From Bacteroidota bacterium (GTDB lineage: Bacteria > Bacteroidota > Bacteroidia > Flavobacteriales > Flavobacteriaceae): DNA of 59,292 bases. The stretch lies in NCBI GenBank assembly GCA_039815575.1, contig JBCBZA010000001.1:1-59292 (forward strand), written 5' to 3'. The translations under genes and the position numbers were made by a program. Positions 26,276 to 35,539 of the stretch are shown piece after piece. Within the stretch, counting starts at the first letter, position 1, and each line of letters begins with the position of its first letter. The notes below the pieces were generated by a model. The model had not been told where the DNA came from, did no database searches, and saw only the letters and a program-made list of their open reading frames with translations.

Positions 26276-28087
26276 ATGAGTACAGAAACATTGACCAAAG
26301 AAATCCTTCGTGGTGGACAGTTTATCGTAAAAGAAACGGATTGCGAAGATGTATTTACCCCAGAAGACTTTTCAGAAGAACAGCAAATGATGCGGGAATC
26401 CGTTAAGGAATTCAATGATCGTGAGATTGTTGCGCATAGGGACAGGTTTGAGTCCAAAGATTATGGGTATACAGAAGCGTGTATGAAAAAAGCTGGCGAG
26501 CTTGGCTTTTTGAGTGTTGCAGTGCCCGAAGCGTACGAAGGTCTGGGTATGGGTTTTGTATCCACCATGTTGGTATGTGAGTATATTTCAAGTGGTTCCG
26601 GTTCCTTTTCTACCGCCTTTGGGGCCCATACAGGTATAGGGACTATGCCCATTACCCTATATGGCACAGAAGGGCAAAAGAATAAGTATGTTCCAAAGTT
26701 GGCATCAGGGGAATGGTTTGGGGCCTATTGTTTGACCGAACCCGGTGCAGGTAGCGATGCCAATTCGGGAAAAACAACGGCTGTCTTATCAGAAGATGGT
26801 AGCCATTATAAAATTAATGGGCAAAAAATGTGGATTTCAAATGCCGGTTTTTGTCAGCTTTTTATTGTTTTTGCCAGAATCGGAGATGATAAGAACATTA
26901 CGGGTTTCATTGTAGAAAATGACCCAAGCAATGGTATTACACTTGGGGAAGAGGAACATAAATTGGGCATTAGGGCCTCCTCTACAAGACAGGTGTTTTT
27001 TAATGATACCCAAGTGCCCGTTGAAAACATGCTTTCCGAGCGCGGCAACGGATTTAAAATTGCCATGAATGCCTTGAATGTGGGGCGCATTAAATTGGCT
27101 GCGGCCTGCTTGGACTCCCAAAGACGGGTGGTCAATCATGCCATAAACTATGCGAATGAACGCCAACAATTTAAAACTCCAATTATCCAATTTGGAGCCA
27201 TTAAATCCAAAATTGCGGAGATGGCCACCAATTGCTATGCAGGGGTTTCGGCCTGTTACCGTGCTGCTAAAAATATAGAAGATCGCATTGCCATGAGGAT
27301 TGCTGATGGAAATTCGCATCAAGAGGCAGAATTGAAGGGCGTGGAAGAATATGCGGTTGAATGCTCCATATTGAAAGTTGCCGTATCAGAAGACATACAG
27401 AATTGTTCCGATGAGGGAATTCAGATTTTTGGGGGAATGGGCTTCTCCGAGGAAACCCCTATGGAATCTGCTTGGCGCGATGCCCGTATTGCCAGAATCT
27501 ATGAGGGTACCAATGAAATCAATCGCATGCTCGCGGTGGGTATGTTGGTCAAAAAAGCAATGAAGGGCCATGTGGACCTACTTGGACCAGCTACTGCGGT
27601 CGGTGAAGAATTAATGGGAATACCTTCTTTTGATTCACCCGACTTTTCTGTACTTTTTGCTGAGGAAAAAGATATGATTGCCCGATTGAAAAAGGTCTTT
27701 TTAATGGTGGCAGGTTCTGCAGCCCAAAAATTTGGACCTGACCTAGAAAAGCACCAGCAACTACTCTCTGCGGCCTCAGACATTCTTATTGAAATCTATA
27801 TGGCAGAATCCACGATTTTGAGAACCGAGAAAAATGTGAAACGTTTTGGTGAAGAAGCACAAGCTACACAGATTGCCATGGCTAAATTGTATTTGTACAA
27901 TGCCGTGGAAACGGTAAACCAAAAGGGTCGGGAAGGCATTATTTCGTTTGCGGAGGGCGATGAGCAAAAAATGATGCTCATGGGCCTTAAACGATTTACA
28001 AAATACAGCACCTACCCTAATGTTGTGGCACTGCGTACGCAAATCGCAGATAAAGTTGCCAGTGAAAACGCCTATACTTTTGACTAA
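26276..28087 (+). CDS. fadE: Acyl-CoA dehydrogenase
   Basis: Motifs YCLTEPGAGSD, GQKMWISN, KLGIRASST, QIFGGMG, RIYEGTNEI. Confidence 0.95.
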   Translation: MSTETLTKEILRGGQFIVKETDCEDVFTPEDFSEEQQMMRESVKEFNDREIVAHRDRFESKDYGYTEACMKKAGELGFLSVAVPEAYEGLGMGFVSTMLVCEYISSGSGSFSTAFGAHTGIGTMPITLYGTEGQKNKYVPKLASGEWFGAYCLTEPGAGSDANSGKTTAVLSEDGSHYKINGQKMWISNAGFCQLFIVFARIGDDKNITGFIVENDPSNGITLGEEEHKLGIRASSTRQVFFNDTQVPVENMLSERGNGFKIAMNALNVGRIKLAAACLDSQRRVVNHAINYANERQQFKTPIIQFGAIKSKIAEMATNCYAGVSACYRAAKNIEDRIAMRIADGNSHQEAELKGVEEYAVECSILKVAVSEDIQNCSDEGIQIFGGMGFSEETPMESAWRDARIARIYEGTNEINRMLAVGMLVKKAMKGHVDLLGPATAVGEELMGIPSFDSPDFSVLFAEEKDMIARLKKVFLMVAGSAAQKFGPDLEKHQQLLSAASDILIEIYMAESTILRTEKNVKRFGEEAQATQIAMAKLYLYNAVETVNQKGREGIISFAEGDEQKMMLMGLKRFTKYSTYPNVVALRTQIADKVASENAYTFD

Positions 28088-28110
28088 TTCAGATAACTTC
28101 CAAGGAAGTG

Positions 28111-28143
28111 AAAACCGTCCACCTGAATCGTGGGCGGTTTTTT
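28111..28143 (+). terminator. Rho-independent terminator of the fad operon
   Basis: AAAACCGTCCAC / GTGGGCGGTTTT stem (one G-U pair) followed by a T-run. Confidence 0.8.
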
Positions 28144-28179
28144 GTTGCTCATCGTCATGAAAGCCTTTAGCTTTACAAC

Positions 28180-29610
28180 ATGTCAGAATCACTCTTGGAG
28201 AAATTGTACAGCCCGAATCACTTTCGCGAATTTGGGGTAACCGTTTTGGACCAAATCGCCCACCATCTGGAGGTGGCAATCTACAAAGAGGACAAGAAAA
28301 CCATTCAATGGAATGATCCGTCGCAAGAACTTAAGTTCTGGGAAAATTTCTATAAAAAGGGGAAGAAAGAAGATTTAGTAGCTGAAATTCTTGGACGTAC
28401 GACCCATATCCATAATCCAAAATATTTAGGGCATCAGGTAGCAGCAACAGCACCCATTACCCTGTTGACAGGAATGCTCAGCGCACTTTTAAATAATGGC
28501 ATGGCAGTTTATGAAATGGGGATGTCCCCCTCTTCCATAGAAAAAATCGTAACCGATCGTATTTGTAAAAAGATTGGCTATGGCCAGGATGCTGCCGGAT
28601 TCCTTACCTCTGGAGGGACCTTAGCCAATCTCACTGCGCTACTCTCAGCTAGGAAAGCCATTGTAGATTATGATGTATGGAATGATGGGTTGGACACACC
28701 TTTGGGCATTATGGTATGTGAAGAGGCCCATTATTGCGTAGATAGGGCAGCTAAAATTATGGGCTTGGGAGAAAAAGGAATTATTAAAATTCCTGCGATG
28801 GGTACTTATAGTATGGATGTTTCACAACTGGAAAAATATTATAACGAAGCCACATCCAAAGGAATAAAAGTCTTTGCCATTATTGGTTCTGCACCTTCCA
28901 CGGCTACTGGAGCATATGATAACCTAAAAGCCATAGCTCAGTTTGCCCAAGAAAAACAAATTTGGTTTCATGTTGATGGTGCCCATGGAGGGGCAGCCAT
29001 CTATTCCGAAAAATACAGCCACTTGCTCCAAGGCATTGAACAAGCGGATTCTGTGGTGATCGACGGTCATAAGATGATGTTGATGCCCGCAATTACTACC
29101 GCCCTGTTGTTCAAGAACACTTGGCACTCCCAACATACTTTCAGTCAAAAAGCAGATTATTTGTTAAATGATGAGGAAGAGGAACATTGGATCAATAGCG
29201 GAAAGAAGACCTTTGAGTGCACAAAAACCATGATGTGCCTTAATTGGTTTGTACTCATAAAGTGTTATGGAGAGCGTATTTTTGATGAATTTGTAACACG
29301 CCAATACGATTTGGCCCGAACCTTTGAAGAACTGCTAATATCGGACCCCAACTTCGAAATAGCAACATCTCCCCAATCCAATATTGTATGTTTTCGATGG
29401 TTTGAAGCGAGAAAGACGCCCTCAGAATTAAACCTTAAGAACGCTAAAATTAGGCAAGTGCTTCTTGAAGATGGTGAATACTACATTGTACAGACCAGAC
29501 TAAGGGGCATTCACTATTTAAGAACCACCCTAATGAATGCCTTTACCACTGAAGATCACCTCATAAAATTATTGGGTAAAATAAAATCCGTTGCTACAAC
29601 CGCAGTTTAG
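28180..29610 (+). CDS. Group II PLP-dependent decarboxylase (DABA/aromatic amino acid decarboxylase-like)
   Basis: Motifs YLGHQV, TSGGTLAN, AHYCV, HVDGAHG, DGHKMM (PLP lysine). Confidence 0.88.
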   Translation: MSESLLEKLYSPNHFREFGVTVLDQIAHHLEVAIYKEDKKTIQWNDPSQELKFWENFYKKGKKEDLVAEILGRTTHIHNPKYLGHQVAATAPITLLTGMLSALLNNGMAVYEMGMSPSSIEKIVTDRICKKIGYGQDAAGFLTSGGTLANLTALLSARKAIVDYDVWNDGLDTPLGIMVCEEAHYCVDRAAKIMGLGEKGIIKIPAMGTYSMDVSQLEKYYNEATSKGIKVFAIIGSAPSTATGAYDNLKAIAQFAQEKQIWFHVDGAHGGAAIYSEKYSHLLQGIEQADSVVIDGHKMMLMPAITTALLFKNTWHSQHTFSQKADYLLNDEEEEHWINSGKKTFECTKTMMCLNWFVLIKCYGERIFDEFVTRQYDLARTFEELLISDPNFEIATSPQSNIVCFRWFEARKTPSELNLKNAKIRQVLLEDGEYYIVQTRLRGIHYLRTTLMNAFTTEDHLIKLLGKIKSVATTAV

Positions 29611-31406
29611 CTGATGGATTCCAATATTTTCTCTTGGGTTTCTTTACGGGAAAAATTGATGGCACATTCTATTAAAGCCAAATGGGAGTAGGCCTGGGGG
29701 AAGTTGCCCAGTAGACGTTTTGTCTTAAAGTCAATATCTTCACTAAATAAGCCCAAATGGTTACTGTAGCTTAATAGCTGTTCAAATTGCGCTAAAGCCT
29801 TTTCCTCTTCCCCTATTTTAAACAGGGCATTGATGAACCAAAAAGTACAAATGGTGAAAGATGAGGAAGGCAATCCAAAATCATCTTCATTTTTATAACG
29901 GTACAACAAGCCATCGTTACTTAGGTTCTTTTCAATGGCTTTTACCGTACTTACGAACTTGGGATCTCTTGCGTGCACAAATCCGTAAGACTCCATCAAC
30001 AATACGGATGCGTCCAAATGATAGGAACCATACGACTGCGTAAATGCCTTCACATCTTCGTTCCAAGCATTATCCATAATGTCATTTTTTATTTCTTTCT
30101 CAATGATGCACCATTTCTCTATTTTACGATGTTTCCCAAACATCTTGGCTACCTTAATGGCTCTATCCATGGCTACCCAACAGAGTACTTTGGAAAACGT
30201 AAAATGACGGTCTTCACCCCTAAATTCCCAAATGCCCTTATCAGGCTCCTTCCAGTGCTTATCCACAATCCAGACAATGGCCTTTGTAATGCTCCATAAT
30301 TCTTCGCCATTTTCGATATCATTGCTGAAACGGAGCAACTGCTCGTAAATAACATCCATGAGAATTCCATAGATATCATTTTGCTTTTGTTTATAAGCAG
30401 CATTTCCGGTTCTCACAGGTCTGGAACCCTTATAACCATCCAAATGTTCGAGCGTTTTCTCGGTCAAGGTCTTCTCACCATTGATGCCATACATAATTTG
30501 GAGTTTTTCATCCTTGTCCGGCATCAAATCAATAATGAACTGTAAAAAGCGCTTTGCGCTGTTTTTATGTCCCAGTTCAGATACTACCTTAATCACCATG
30601 GAAGCATCCCTTATCCAGCAGAAACGATAATCCCAGTTCCTTACCTCACCAATGGTTTCCGGCAATGAGGTGGTAGCAGCAGCCAAAACCGCACCCGACT
30701 TATTATAGGTGAGCATCTTTAGCGTAATGGCACTGCGCATAATTTCCGAATTGAACTTCTTGTAGGTTGGAGTGCGATCTACCCAATCCAACCAGTAAAT
30801 CTTGGTTCGCTCCAATTCCAATGCGATTTTTTCTGTAGATGGACGTAAAATCTTTTCATTGTAACACACCAAAAAATAGCCATCTTCCTTTAAGGTAATT
30901 TCTTCCCCATTGAGTACATGGTTCTTGTTAAAGGAAGTATACAGAAAAAGGGAATCAAATTGTTGTTTACTGGTAATACTAACAATAAAGGAACCTTTAA
31001 CATGATGGGCTGTTTCGCCCTTACCATACTCCAATCGGGGATCATATTGCACGGAGAATTTTGGCGCTCCAGAAATATGTTTTACATAACGGATAATTTC
31101 AGGCGGGGCGTGGTATTTGCCATTGGGCTTATGGTACCGGGGCATAAAGTCATGCAGCTCAAAAACATTTTCCCCATCAGAAAACCGAGTAACCAAAATA
31201 GCCGTATTTGGATAATACTTTTGGGCTATCTCATAATTGTATTTTGTGATAATCTCAAAATTGCCGCCTTTCTTCTCATCTAAGAGTTTGGCAAAAACAG
31301 AGGAAGAATCAAATTGGGGCAAGCAGCACCAATCCAATGAACCGGTGTCCGAAATTAAGGCCGCACTTCGGCAGTTACCAATAATTCCGTAATTTAGATT
31401 ATCCAT
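29607..31406 (-). CDS. Glycoside hydrolase family 15 (trehalase/glucoamylase-like)
   Basis: Motifs AAATTSLPE, RNWDYRFCWIRD, GIWEFR, LFSED, GNFPQAYSH. Convergent 4-nt overlap with the decarboxylase gene. Confidence 0.92.
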   Translation of the reverse strand: MDNLNYGIIGNCRSAALISDTGSLDWCCLPQFDSSSVFAKLLDEKKGGNFEIITKYNYEIAQKYYPNTAILVTRFSDGENVFELHDFMPRYHKPNGKYHAPPEIIRYVKHISGAPKFSVQYDPRLEYGKGETAHHVKGSFIVSITSKQQFDSLFLYTSFNKNHVLNGEEITLKEDGYFLVCYNEKILRPSTEKIALELERTKIYWLDWVDRTPTYKKFNSEIMRSAITLKMLTYNKSGAVLAAATTSLPETIGEVRNWDYRFCWIRDASMVIKVVSELGHKNSAKRFLQFIIDLMPDKDEKLQIMYGINGEKTLTEKTLEHLDGYKGSRPVRTGNAAYKQKQNDIYGILMDVIYEQLLRFSNDIENGEELWSITKAIVWIVDKHWKEPDKGIWEFRGEDRHFTFSKVLCWVAMDRAIKVAKMFGKHRKIEKWCIIEKEIKNDIMDNAWNEDVKAFTQSYGSYHLDASVLLMESYGFVHARDPKFVSTVKAIEKNLSNDGLLYRYKNEDDFGLPSSSFTICTFWFINALFKIGEEEKALAQFEQLLSYSNHLGLFSEDIDFKTKRLLGNFPQAYSHLALIECAINFSRKETQEKILESIS

Positions 31407-31505
31407 AATAAAGTCCTTATCGTTTGGTGGTATTTGTAAGTTTTTTCTTTCTTTATAATCGAAAAAACACCACTTTTATTTCATTTTCTTCTAAAAATCC
31501 AACCT

Positions 31506-33719
31506 ATGGGTAAAACTATAATTATTTCCAATAGGCTCCCAGTACAATTACAAATAAGTGATGGTGGCTTATCTGCCAAACCCAGTGTTGGCGGTCTGGC
31601 CACAGGAATGAAATCCGTTCACCATGGAGGCGAAAGTCTCTGGATTGGTTGGTCGGGACTTACCAAAGAAGATACTCCAACAGAATTGGAAGATGAAATT
31701 GACAAGGCGCTAGCTGAACATGGTTGTTCCAAAGTAGTTTTGACTCAAAACGAAATCGACGGATTTTATTTTGGGTTCAGCAACCGCACCATTTGGCCAC
31801 TTTTCCACTATTTTTTGGAGTACACGGAGTTTGAACTTAATTTTTGGGAAGTCTATAAATCTGTCAATCAAAAATTCGCAAACGCCATTCTTGATAAAAC
31901 GGAAGATGATGACATCATTTGGGTCCATGACTACCAGTTACTATTGGTCCCACAAATGGTCAAGCAAAAACGCCCCAATGCAACCATTGGTTTCTTTTTG
32001 CATATCCCCTTTCCCTCATATGAAATTTTTAGGACATTACCTTGGCGGGAAGAAGTTTTGGAAGGCCTATTGGGGTCCGATTTAATTGGCTTCCATACCT
32101 ATGACTATGAGCGACATTTTTTAAGCTCCGTACGACGTCTGCTTGGCTTGGACGTTAGCTTTAATGATGTCTATTTGGAAAATAGGGTTATTAAGGTGGA
32201 TTCCTTTCCCATGGGGATTGATTATGACAAATTTCATAAAGCTGCCCAAAAAAGTACGGCACTAAAAGGAAAGGAACGAACAGACCTTCAAAAAAAATTG
32301 GACAATCACAAAAAGTCAGCACCAGACACCAAATTGATCGTTTCCATAGATCGTTTGGATTACAGTAAGGGGATTGCCAAACGTATCAATGCTTTTGAAT
32401 ATTTTTTAAATAAATACCCCGAATACAAGGAAAAGGTGCGACTCATCATCCTTGCCGTTCCCTCTAGGGCCAATGTTCCCCAGTACCAATTATTAAAACG
32501 CGAAATTGATGAACTGGTCGGTCGGATTAATGGAGAACTTTCTACAGTAAATTGGACGCCCATCTGGTACTTTTATCGCTCCCTCCCTTTCGAAAATCTT
32601 ATTGATCTATATACTTCTTCTGATATTGCTTGGCTTACACCACTTCGCGATGGGATGAATTTAGTGGCCAAAGAATATATTGCCACTAGAACAAATAAAA
32701 CCGGGGTCTTGATTCTGAGTGAGATGGCAGGATCGGCATACGAAATGAATGAAGCCTTGCTTATTAATCCAAATAATTTTGAACAACAAGCAGATACCCT
32801 TAAAAGAGCTATTACCATGCCCGAAAAAGAACAAATGGCAAGGAATATGTTCCTACAAAATAGGCTCCGTCGTTACAATGTTGAAGTTTGGGCCAATGAA
32901 TTTATGGACTCCCTTAAATCCCAAAGGCAGGGGATTGGAACTTACGTTTCACAAAAAATATCACCAGACATTTTGGCTTGGATTACCTCAAAATATAAAT
33001 CGTCAAAGAAGAGGCTGTTGTTCTTGGACTATGATGGAACATTGACCGGTTTTCATAAGGATCCACAAAAGGCCTCTCCTGATGCAGAATTATATCAACT
33101 ATTGGATGCATTGCACCATCAGGAAAACACTACATTATTTTTGATAAGCGGCAGGGATAAAGAAACTTTTTCCCGGTGGTTTCTGGACAAAAAGTATAAT
33201 ATGATTGTTGAACATGGCGTATGGATTTCAAGGAAAGGCGAAGCGTTCAAACTGTTGGAAAAAGTAAAGGGGGAATGGATGGAAAAAATTATGCCCGTCT
33301 TGGAATCCTTTGTAGATCGAACTCCGGGTTCGTTCATTGAAGAAAAAAACTATTCCTTGGCCTGGCATTACCGAAATACCGATCCAGATTTTGGAGAGAA
33401 AAGGGCCACTGAATTGAATACGGTCCTGACCAGTTTAATTGGCAATGATGATATTAGTGTTTTGAATGGAAATAAAGTTATGGAGGTAAAAAGCAGTAAT
33501 GTAAACAAGGGCAGGGCTTCTGTAAGAATGTTGGGCGAAGATGATTATGATTTTGTTTTTGCCATAGGTGATGACTGGACGGACGAGTTCATGTTTCAGG
33601 AACTTCCCCAAAACGCTATTACAGTGAAAGTGGGACTCAAAAAAACACAGGCCAAGTACCATGTGGAAGGAGTTTCCAAGGCCAGGGCACTTTTGAAAGA
33701 ATTCATGAATTTGAGCTAA
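31506..33719 (+). CDS. otsAB: Bifunctional trehalose-6-phosphate synthase/phosphatase
   Basis: GT20 domain (SNRLP, GGLA, WVHDYQ, FLHIPFP, DRLDYSKG, RDGMNLVAKE) fused to a HAD domain (LDYDGTL, GDDWTDE). Confidence 0.94.
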   Translation: MGKTIIISNRLPVQLQISDGGLSAKPSVGGLATGMKSVHHGGESLWIGWSGLTKEDTPTELEDEIDKALAEHGCSKVVLTQNEIDGFYFGFSNRTIWPLFHYFLEYTEFELNFWEVYKSVNQKFANAILDKTEDDDIIWVHDYQLLLVPQMVKQKRPNATIGFFLHIPFPSYEIFRTLPWREEVLEGLLGSDLIGFHTYDYERHFLSSVRRLLGLDVSFNDVYLENRVIKVDSFPMGIDYDKFHKAAQKSTALKGKERTDLQKKLDNHKKSAPDTKLIVSIDRLDYSKGIAKRINAFEYFLNKYPEYKEKVRLIILAVPSRANVPQYQLLKREIDELVGRINGELSTVNWTPIWYFYRSLPFENLIDLYTSSDIAWLTPLRDGMNLVAKEYIATRTNKTGVLILSEMAGSAYEMNEALLINPNNFEQQADTLKRAITMPEKEQMARNMFLQNRLRRYNVEVWANEFMDSLKSQRQGIGTYVSQKISPDILAWITSKYKSSKKRLLFLDYDGTLTGFHKDPQKASPDAELYQLLDALHHQENTTLFLISGRDKETFSRWFLDKKYNMIVEHGVWISRKGEAFKLLEKVKGEWMEKIMPVLESFVDRTPGSFIEEKNYSLAWHYRNTDPDFGEKRATELNTVLTSLIGNDDISVLNGNKVMEVKSSNVNKGRASVRMLGEDDYDFVFAIGDDWTDEFMFQELPQNAITVKVGLKKTQAKYHVEGVSKARALLKEFMNLS

Positions 33720-33720
33720 T

Positions 33721-34905
33721 ATGAAGAATGTATATTTTTTCCTAGGTTTTTGGGCCTGTCAACTCATTCTTGCCCAACCCAATACGGAGGTATATTTGTT
33801 TGATCTGGATATGGCGGAAGATAAAATTGGGTTGTTCAATCCAAAAAACATTTCCAATAATGAAGGCTATGACAACCAGCCTTCATTTATGGATAATAAT
33901 ACTTTGCTATACGCGGCAACAAGGGATGGACAAACCGATATTCTAAAATTTGATATTGTAAAAGGTAGCGTCAAAACATGGATTACGGATACGCCTACCG
34001 GCAGTGAATATTCTCCTTTAAAGATGCCGGAAAAGTCATCTATTTCCGCCATACGCCTTGACCTGGATGGTTTACAACGGTTATATGCCTATGACATGAA
34101 TTCAGGAAATCCAACAGTGCTACTTGAAAATCTAAAGGTCGGTTATCAGGTTTGGTATAATAAAAATATCTTAGTGTGTACCGTTTTGGTGGAAAATGGA
34201 ATGAATTTGGTCGTCGCCAATCTTCAAAATGGTCAGGTCAGAACAGTAGATAAAAATGTTGGCCGGTCGTTGCAAAGGGTGCCCTATAAAACCCAAATTA
34301 GTTATATAAAAAAAGTAGGAGGCCAATGGGAAATAAAAGCACTTGACCCGCTGACTTTGGAAATTGGGCCCATAATGGACACTGTCCCCGATACCCAAGA
34401 TATTTGTTGGCTACAAGACGGTACGCTACTTGCAGGAAATGGGAAGATGATCTTTTATGCCAACCCAGATGAAGGAATAGGTTGGAAGCCCCTGATGCAT
34501 TTTGAAGATGAAGAAATACAGAACATTTCAAGGATAGCGGTCAATGAAAGTAACACCAGATTGGCCTTTGTTGCTGAAGTTTCTCCAAGACATATTGTTG
34601 AAGAACAACTTAAAGCATACAATTCCAGAGATATAGAAGGTTTCACTGCTACCTTTAGTGAGGATGTTGAACTTTTTAATTTTCCAAATGAACCTATAGG
34701 AAAAGGAAAGGAGAATTTAATAAAAACATACAGGGCCTTTTTTGAGTCAACCCCAGATTTGCATTGCGAAATAAAGAATAGAATTGTCATTGGCAATAAA
34801 GTCATTGATGAGGAATACCTTACTGTAAATGGACAAAACTTCGCTGCCGTGGCCATTTACGAAGTTAAAAATGGTAAGATTGCCAAAGTCACCTTTATTC
34901 AATAA
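33721..34905 (+). CDS. Exported beta-propeller protein with C-terminal SnoaL/NTF2-like domain
   Basis: Signal peptide, propeller-like segments (GYDNQPSF, SEYSP), and C-terminal VEEQLKAYNSRDIEGF...NRIVIGNKVIDEE...YEVKNGKIAKV. Confidence 0.78.
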   Translation: MKNVYFFLGFWACQLILAQPNTEVYLFDLDMAEDKIGLFNPKNISNNEGYDNQPSFMDNNTLLYAATRDGQTDILKFDIVKGSVKTWITDTPTGSEYSPLKMPEKSSISAIRLDLDGLQRLYAYDMNSGNPTVLLENLKVGYQVWYNKNILVCTVLVENGMNLVVANLQNGQVRTVDKNVGRSLQRVPYKTQISYIKKVGGQWEIKALDPLTLEIGPIMDTVPDTQDICWLQDGTLLAGNGKMIFYANPDEGIGWKPLMHFEDEEIQNISRIAVNESNTRLAFVAEVSPRHIVEEQLKAYNSRDIEGFTATFSEDVELFNFPNEPIGKGKENLIKTYRAFFESTPDLHCEIKNRIVIGNKVIDEEYLTVNGQNFAAVAIYEVKNGKIAKVTFIQ

Positions 34906-34914
34906 TTTGTTCAT

Positions 34915-35538
34915 GTGAAATTACCACATAACGTAGGTCGGATTGAAGCTTTTAGCGATGGTGTGTTTGCTTTTGCTGCCACATTACTGGTTGTATCAGT
35001 AGGTAACGAACAAAGTGCTTCCGTATTGAAAATAGATTGGAAAGATTTTGTGGGTTTTGGGGTAAGCTTTTTTGTGTTGGTAGCCCTTTGGTCGGTCCAT
35101 TACAATTTTTTTCGTAGAACCAAGTATATGGACCATTGGATTATTGTGCTCAATTCCATACTCCTTTTCGTTGTCCTCTATTATATCTTTCCACTAAAGT
35201 CCTTACTTGATACGTGGTTAAGTGGCATTGTTATATCCCCAGATAACTTCTCCTCATTATTTCAATTATATAGTCTGGGGTTCTTATTGATTTTTGGATG
35301 CATTTCCATAATGTACCTTAGAGCCTACAAGAAGACCAAGTCGATGGAAAAAAGCATTACGTTGCTCTTTTATGCCAGACATTTTGCTATTTATGTCTTT
35401 GTTTCCTTGCTCTCGGTTATTGTGGCCAAACTACAAATTGGACTGATCTTCGCATTGCCGGGAATGATTTATATGCTTCTTGGCCCACTCTGTTACTGGC
35501 ACGGTGTCCGTTTCAGTAAAGAATTTAATATTCAATAA
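34915..35538 (+). CDS. TMEM175 family potassium channel
   Basis: Signature RIEAFSDGVFAFAATLLV (RxxxFSD), SF...W..H..FF, about 6 TM segments. Confidence 0.88.
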   Translation: MKLPHNVGRIEAFSDGVFAFAATLLVVSVGNEQSASVLKIDWKDFVGFGVSFFVLVALWSVHYNFFRRTKYMDHWIIVLNSILLFVVLYYIFPLKSLLDTWLSGIVISPDNFSSLFQLYSLGFLLIFGCISIMYLRAYKKTKSMEKSITLLFYARHFAIYVFVSLLSVIVAKLQIGLIFALPGMIYMLLGPLCYWHGVRFSKEFNIQ

Positions 35539-35539
35539 A

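Noticed and set aside
28180-29610. Siderophore biosynthetic cluster suggested by the decarboxylase
   Set aside because: No NIS synthetase, amine monooxygenase or TonB-dependent receptor is adjacent.
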